Shown here piece after piece: positions 15,988-19,900 of a stretch of DNA of 19,900 nt. Location of the stretch: NCBI GenBank assembly GCA_019058295.1, contig JAHPZI010000027.1, positions 15,934-35,833 on the forward strand, given 5' to 3'. This DNA comes from Promethearchaeota archaeon. Its GTDB lineage: Archaea; Asgardarchaeota; Lokiarchaeia; Sigyniarchaeales; SOKP01. Position 1 is the first letter of the stretch; each line of letters begins with the position of its first letter. The notes under the pieces were generated by a model, which saw only the letters and a list, made by a program, of their open reading frames with translations, was not told the origin of the DNA and searched no databases. Position numbers and translations under genes: made by a program.

Positions 15988-16689
15988 GTGAGTTCGGTAA
16001 AAATAGAGAAAGTTGTAAACACTCTAAAATCGCTCCCAATTCCAAGAAAATGGCCAATCAGTGTCGTTTCTGGGATAATAGTAATTAGTGTATTTTGGAG
16101 TTTTACTATCATATCAATACTTTTTTTCCCTACGACATATAATCCTTTTGTAAACTGGGTTTCTGATCTAGGATCTCATTCAAAAAATCCAAAAGGTTCC
16201 GTCTTTTTTAATATTGGATGTATAATATCAGGAATTGCTATGTTCCCATTCTTTGCGGGGCTCTATGAGTGGTATATAGGGGGTCGAAGAAATAAAATAC
16301 TTACAATATTAACTCAAGTAGCAGGGTTCTATACTGCATTGGCAATGATGATGGTAGGAGTATTTCCAGATGATTATTTGGAAATACATATTTTTTGGTC
16401 TATGAGTTTATTTACGATAACCGTTTTAACTTTTTTTTTACCTTCCTATGCATTATATAAATTTAAATTCACAAGAAACATTGCTATATTCGGTTTTATT
16501 GCCACTATCATTAATTTAATCCTCTGGTTTTGTATAATTCCTATTATGGAATGGATAACAATCTTGGTATGCTTTCTTTTTATTGGAGCAATAATTCAGA
16601 GTATGCAGAAACGAATTGAAAGATTACGGTTTGTCCGACATCAACATATAGAATTACCAAAAAAGAGAAAAAAGAAAAAAAGAAAATAA
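15988..16689 (+). CDS. DUF998-like multi-pass membrane protein with polybasic C-terminus
   Basis: WVSDLG, FNIGCIISG and IHIFWS motifs, ending KKRKKKKRK. GTG start with AGGAG at 15974-15978. Confidence 0.75.
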   Translation: MSSVKIEKVVNTLKSLPIPRKWPISVVSGIIVISVFWSFTIISILFFPTTYNPFVNWVSDLGSHSKNPKGSVFFNIGCIISGIAMFPFFAGLYEWYIGGRRNKILTILTQVAGFYTALAMMMVGVFPDDYLEIHIFWSMSLFTITVLTFFLPSYALYKFKFTRNIAIFGFIATIINLILWFCIIPIMEWITILVCFLFIGAIIQSMQKRIERLRFVRHQHIELPKKRKKKKRK

Positions 16690-16727
16690 CTTTCGTCGAG
16701 TTTAGTAGTTTCACTTATTTTTTCCAG

Positions 16728-17117
16728 CTATTTGAGGAATTTTTGAAGTTTCTCTTTAAACTCATTAAAAAAAGTGACATCTCCATCCCAAGATATAATT
16801 GCATTGATATCGTATAATCCTTCGAAGATTTCCACTATATTTTTAGATAGTTTTTGAATCTTTTTATCTTTAATTTTAGAATCAGTTCTAAAAACAAGAA
16901 TAGCATTACCATCATGCGACTTTCCGAAACTTAGCTTATCATTTTCTAACATTAAACTTTGTAAACCCTTACTTGTAAGTTGTTGAGAAAAGGTTTTAAT
17001 GGCTGACACTATCCCCCCCATAAGTGTTTTATCTAAGGTTTGCTCGTCGCCACTAAATTCCGCTATTGGAAGCCCATCCTTTGAAAAAAGCCAAAATTGT
17101 TTAATAATTGACGGCAA
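16728..17117 (-). CDS. Stand-alone longin-like domain protein
   Basis: IKQFWLFSKDGLPIAEF...LMGGIVSAIKTFSQQL...LQSLMLE.DKLSF...AILVFRT...IVEIFE...WDGD..FF, the same pattern as the MFS C-terminal domain. TTG start. Confidence 0.75.
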   Translation of the reverse strand: MPSIIKQFWLFSKDGLPIAEFSGDEQTLDKTLMGGIVSAIKTFSQQLTSKGLQSLMLENDKLSFGKSHDGNAILVFRTDSKIKDKKIQKLSKNIVEIFEGLYDINAIISWDGDVTFFNEFKEKLQKFLK

Positions 17118-17201
17118 AATTCATTATACTCTTATTTATGATATTTTTAAAATATTACTCTTTTATTAATTTTACTTGTTTATTATATTGATAATTTTTT
17201 T

Positions 17202-19898
17202 TTAAATAGGTAACTTAATTATGAAATTGCTCCCTAATCCTCTCCCTTGAGATTCAACCCAAATTTTGCCGCCATGTAAATCTATAATTTCTTTTGAAAT
17301 AAAGAGGCCTAACCCTGAGCCTGTTATATCTATATATTCAAGTCCTTCTTCTTCATTTCTTTCAATTTTACAGAATCTTGTGAAAATTATGGCCATCTCT
17401 TCCTTAGTTAAACCTACTCCTGTATCGGCTACAGTTATTTTAGCCCAATTATTATCTTTTTGTAAACTTATAGATATTTTACCTTGAGGTGGTGTGTTTT
17501 TAATGGCATTCGACAAAAGGTTTGTAATTACTTGATTAATTCTCATAGGATCTATCTCTAAATAAACACTGTCTGGAATCTCAAGATTAAGCGTGATATC
17601 TCTATTTTTAATTAAAAAGTTCATATCAGCTGAACATTCTTTTATTATCTCGCTTAAATTGCTTTTTTGTTTTTCCAATGAGAGCATCCCATATTCTAGT
17701 CGAGATAAGTCAAGCAATTTGTTAATTAACGATTTTAATCGTCGACCCCCCCTGTCAATCATCCTTATTATCTCATTAATTCCCTTATCTAATAATTTGT
17801 CTTCATATTCATCTAAAAGAAGCTCTGTCCCTCCACATACTGGAATTAAGGGGGTTTTAAGCTCATGCGATACTCTAATAATTAGATTTTTTCTAATTTG
17901 ATCTAATTCTTTTAATTTTTTAATTTCTTCTTTAACTAGGGCCTCGGCGTTCTTACGCTCAGTAACATCATTCATAAGCAATTGCAAATATTTTTTTTCA
18001 CCGATTTTAACAAGTGATGATTGTAAATTTACCCATATCAAGTGACCCTCTTTATGGTAGATTTGTATATCTAAACGATGTAAGTCTTTTCCTTCAAAGA
18101 ATTGTTTGAAAAGATGATCTGTCATTTCTATGTATTTAGGCTCAATTGCTGAGAGATTTCTATAGTTTCTGCCGATTAATTCTTGTTTTTTATATCCAGT
18201 TATTCTTTCAGTTGCGGGATTACAATCAGCAATTATACCCTCAGGATTTATTAAAAGTATAGAACTAGGCGTATTCTCAAAAAGAAAGCGAAATTTTTGT
18301 TCAGATCGTTCTAAAGTTTGTTCAAAACTCTTACGTTCTGTTATATCTTGTACTAAGATTTGTATTAGGGTTTCTTTTTCTATTTTTATTAAAGAACAAC
18401 GTAAACTTAGCCATATAACATCTCCAATTTTCCTATACACTGGAAATTCAAACGACTCTTTGGTTTCCCCTTTCATTATTATTTTGGAAATTTTTTCGAA
18501 TATCGGAAAAAGATGTCTGTTTTTATTTGTTATTGAAAGAATTTCTCTGAAATTTTTTCCAATTATATCTTCTCTAGATTCTAAAGAGAGTATGTCATTT
18601 ACAGCATTATTTAAATCTATAATATTTCCTTTCAGATCTAATAATCCTATGATATATGGAGAACTCTCAAATAAATGCCGATATTTTTCTACTGATTCTT
18701 TTAATTTCTGTTCTAATCTGTATTTTTCGGTGATGTCCACAAATGTACCTTCAATTTCTTTGGGCTTCCCTTCATTATCATAAATCATATGAGCATTTAT
18801 TTCTATATTTATTTTTTCTCCATTTACTTTTTTTACTTGAATAATAAAATTCTTAATGAATCCTTGATTTATTAATCGTTCATAATAGATTTCTCGGTCT
18901 TCGGGATTACTGAAGAACTGAAACGCCTCTGAGCCAATTAAATTTTTGGAAGGATCAATTCCAAGGATTTCATTTAAGGCAGGATTTTGCATTAATAATT
19001 TTCCTTTAAATTCACCCTTATAGAAACCAACATCTAAATTATTAATCATATTACGATAATTCTCTTCAGATTCTCTTAATTTTTGCTCTGCATTTATTCT
19101 TTCTGTAATATCCTCTGTATGAACTAATACCAAGTCTGGAGGGATATAACTATATTTCACTAAAAGATCTTTTTCTTCTTTTAATATGTTGATATAATAT
19201 TTCATCTCACGAGTAATATTGATTTTCTTTTCAAAACACCTATGCATATCTTTTAAGATATCCGGTCGATCTTTATACATCTCAGAAGCTTTAAATCCTA
19301 AATAATTTTCCACATCTCCAAGAGTACTTTTTTCCGCAGCATTATTATAATTAATTAATTTGAAATCATTTCCTACTTGTTGCCATGTATATGTTGGAAC
19401 TGGCCCACCTTTAAAAAGTGCTTTAAATTTCTCTTCTGATTCTTTTAATTTTTGTTCTGCTTTTTTACGGTCTGTGATTTCTCTTGAAATCGTTAATATT
19501 TTCAAATTTCCTTCATTATCAAAATACATTTTACTTTTAATATCCATCCAGATCCAAGTTCCATTTTTATGTTTAAATCTTAATTCACGATTGTAAAATC
19601 CTTCTTTTCGAAGTTTAATTACGTATTTACTCATGTGTTTAGAATCATCTGGATGGATAAAATTTCCCGGGAATTTTCCAATCATATCATCTTTTGAATA
19701 TCCTAATATTCTTAAATGAGTTGATTCGTTAATATATTCGATCTGAACTTTATCATTAAGAACGCGGATTAAATCATTAGCTGTTTCCGTAATTATACGA
19801 TAATTTTCTTCTGAATCTTTTAATTTTTGTTCTGCTTTCTTACGGTCTGTGATTTCTCTTGAAATCGTTAATATTTTCCAATTTCCTTCATTATCAAC
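17202..19898 (-). CDS. Multi-PAS sensor histidine kinase (5' end outside window)
   Basis: The frame stays open past 19685 to the window edge (VDNEGNWKILTISREITDRKK...). Five complete PAS/PAC modules plus part of a sixth precede the H-box SHELKTPL, N-box NLLSNAIK, G1 DTGVG and G2 GSGLGL. No TM segment is visible within the window. Confidence 0.93.
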   Translation of the reverse strand, partial: VDNEGNWKILTISREITDRKKAEQKLKDSEENYRIITETANDLIRVLNDKVQIEYINESTHLRILGYSKDDMIGKFPGNFIHPDDSKHMSKYVIKLRKEGFYNRELRFKHKNGTWIWMDIKSKMYFDNEGNLKILTISREITDRKKAEQKLKESEEKFKALFKGGPVPTYTWQQVGNDFKLINYNNAAEKSTLGDVENYLGFKASEMYKDRPDILKDMHRCFEKKINITREMKYYINILKEEKDLLVKYSYIPPDLVLVHTEDITERINAEQKLRESEENYRNMINNLDVGFYKGEFKGKLLMQNPALNEILGIDPSKNLIGSEAFQFFSNPEDREIYYERLINQGFIKNFIIQVKKVNGEKINIEINAHMIYDNEGKPKEIEGTFVDITEKYRLEQKLKESVEKYRHLFESSPYIIGLLDLKGNIIDLNNAVNDILSLESREDIIGKNFREILSITNKNRHLFPIFEKISKIIMKGETKESFEFPVYRKIGDVIWLSLRCSLIKIEKETLIQILVQDITERKSFEQTLERSEQKFRFLFENTPSSILLINPEGIIADCNPATERITGYKKQELIGRNYRNLSAIEPKYIEMTDHLFKQFFEGKDLHRLDIQIYHKEGHLIWVNLQSSLVKIGEKKYLQLLMNDVTERKNAEALVKEEIKKLKELDQIRKNLIIRVSHELKTPLIPVCGGTELLLDEYEDKLLDKGINEIIRMIDRGGRRLKSLINKLLDLSRLEYGMLSLEKQKSNLSEIIKECSADMNFLIKNRDITLNLEIPDSVYLEIDPMRINQVITNLLSNAIKNTPPQGKISISLQKDNNWAKITVADTGVGLTKEEMAIIFTRFCKIERNEEEGLEYIDITGSGLGLFISKEIIDLHGGKIWVESQGRGLGSNFIIKLPI
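19432..19897 (-). repeat. Near-identical 91-bp direct repeats (19432-19522 and 19807-19897), 375-bp period, within the kinase PAS array
   Basis: 3 mismatches in 91 bp by manual alignment. Both copies encode DNEGN(L/W)KILTISREITDRKKAEQKLK(E/D)SE. Confidence 0.9.
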
Positions 19899-19900
19899 AT

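Noticed and set aside
379-19596. Short overlapping or antisense ORFs in the track (379, 1870, 6216, 8602, 8622, 8920, 9918, 10527, 12091, 12948, 13393, 14141, 15324, 17266, 17593, 18460, 19360)
   Set aside because: They are shadows of well-supported genes with no recognisable motifs. Their mutual similarity simply mirrors the host gene repeats.

Overview
AT-rich archaeal chromosomal window, most likely Asgard (Lokiarchaeia/Promethearchaeota-like). This is inferred from longin-fold domains, C-terminally anchored surface glycoproteins, a multi-PAS histidine kinase, BRE/TATA promoters and oligo-T terminators. In order it holds: a 5'-truncated PstS-like/PPC/FN3 surface protein; an unannotated 28-codon remnant of a URO-D/MtaA-family gene; panE; a DUF998-like membrane protein; hsp20 with a palindromic operator candidate; an unknown membrane protein bracketed by a duplicated hsp20-terminator/ilvD-3'-end segment; an IlvD/Edd-family dehydratase; a 1705-aa surface protein with two six-bladed Kelch-like propellers built from homogenised DNA repeats with hypervariable positions; a split UxaA-family dehydratase; an MFS transporter fused to a longin domain; a second DUF998 protein; a stand-alone longin protein; and a 5'-truncated multi-PAS histidine kinase. 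The best candidates for new biology are the MFS-longin 'transceptor' with its neighbouring free longin and kinase, and the hypervariable double-propeller surface receptor. No rRNA, tRNA, CRISPR array, transposase or reverse transcriptase was seen.
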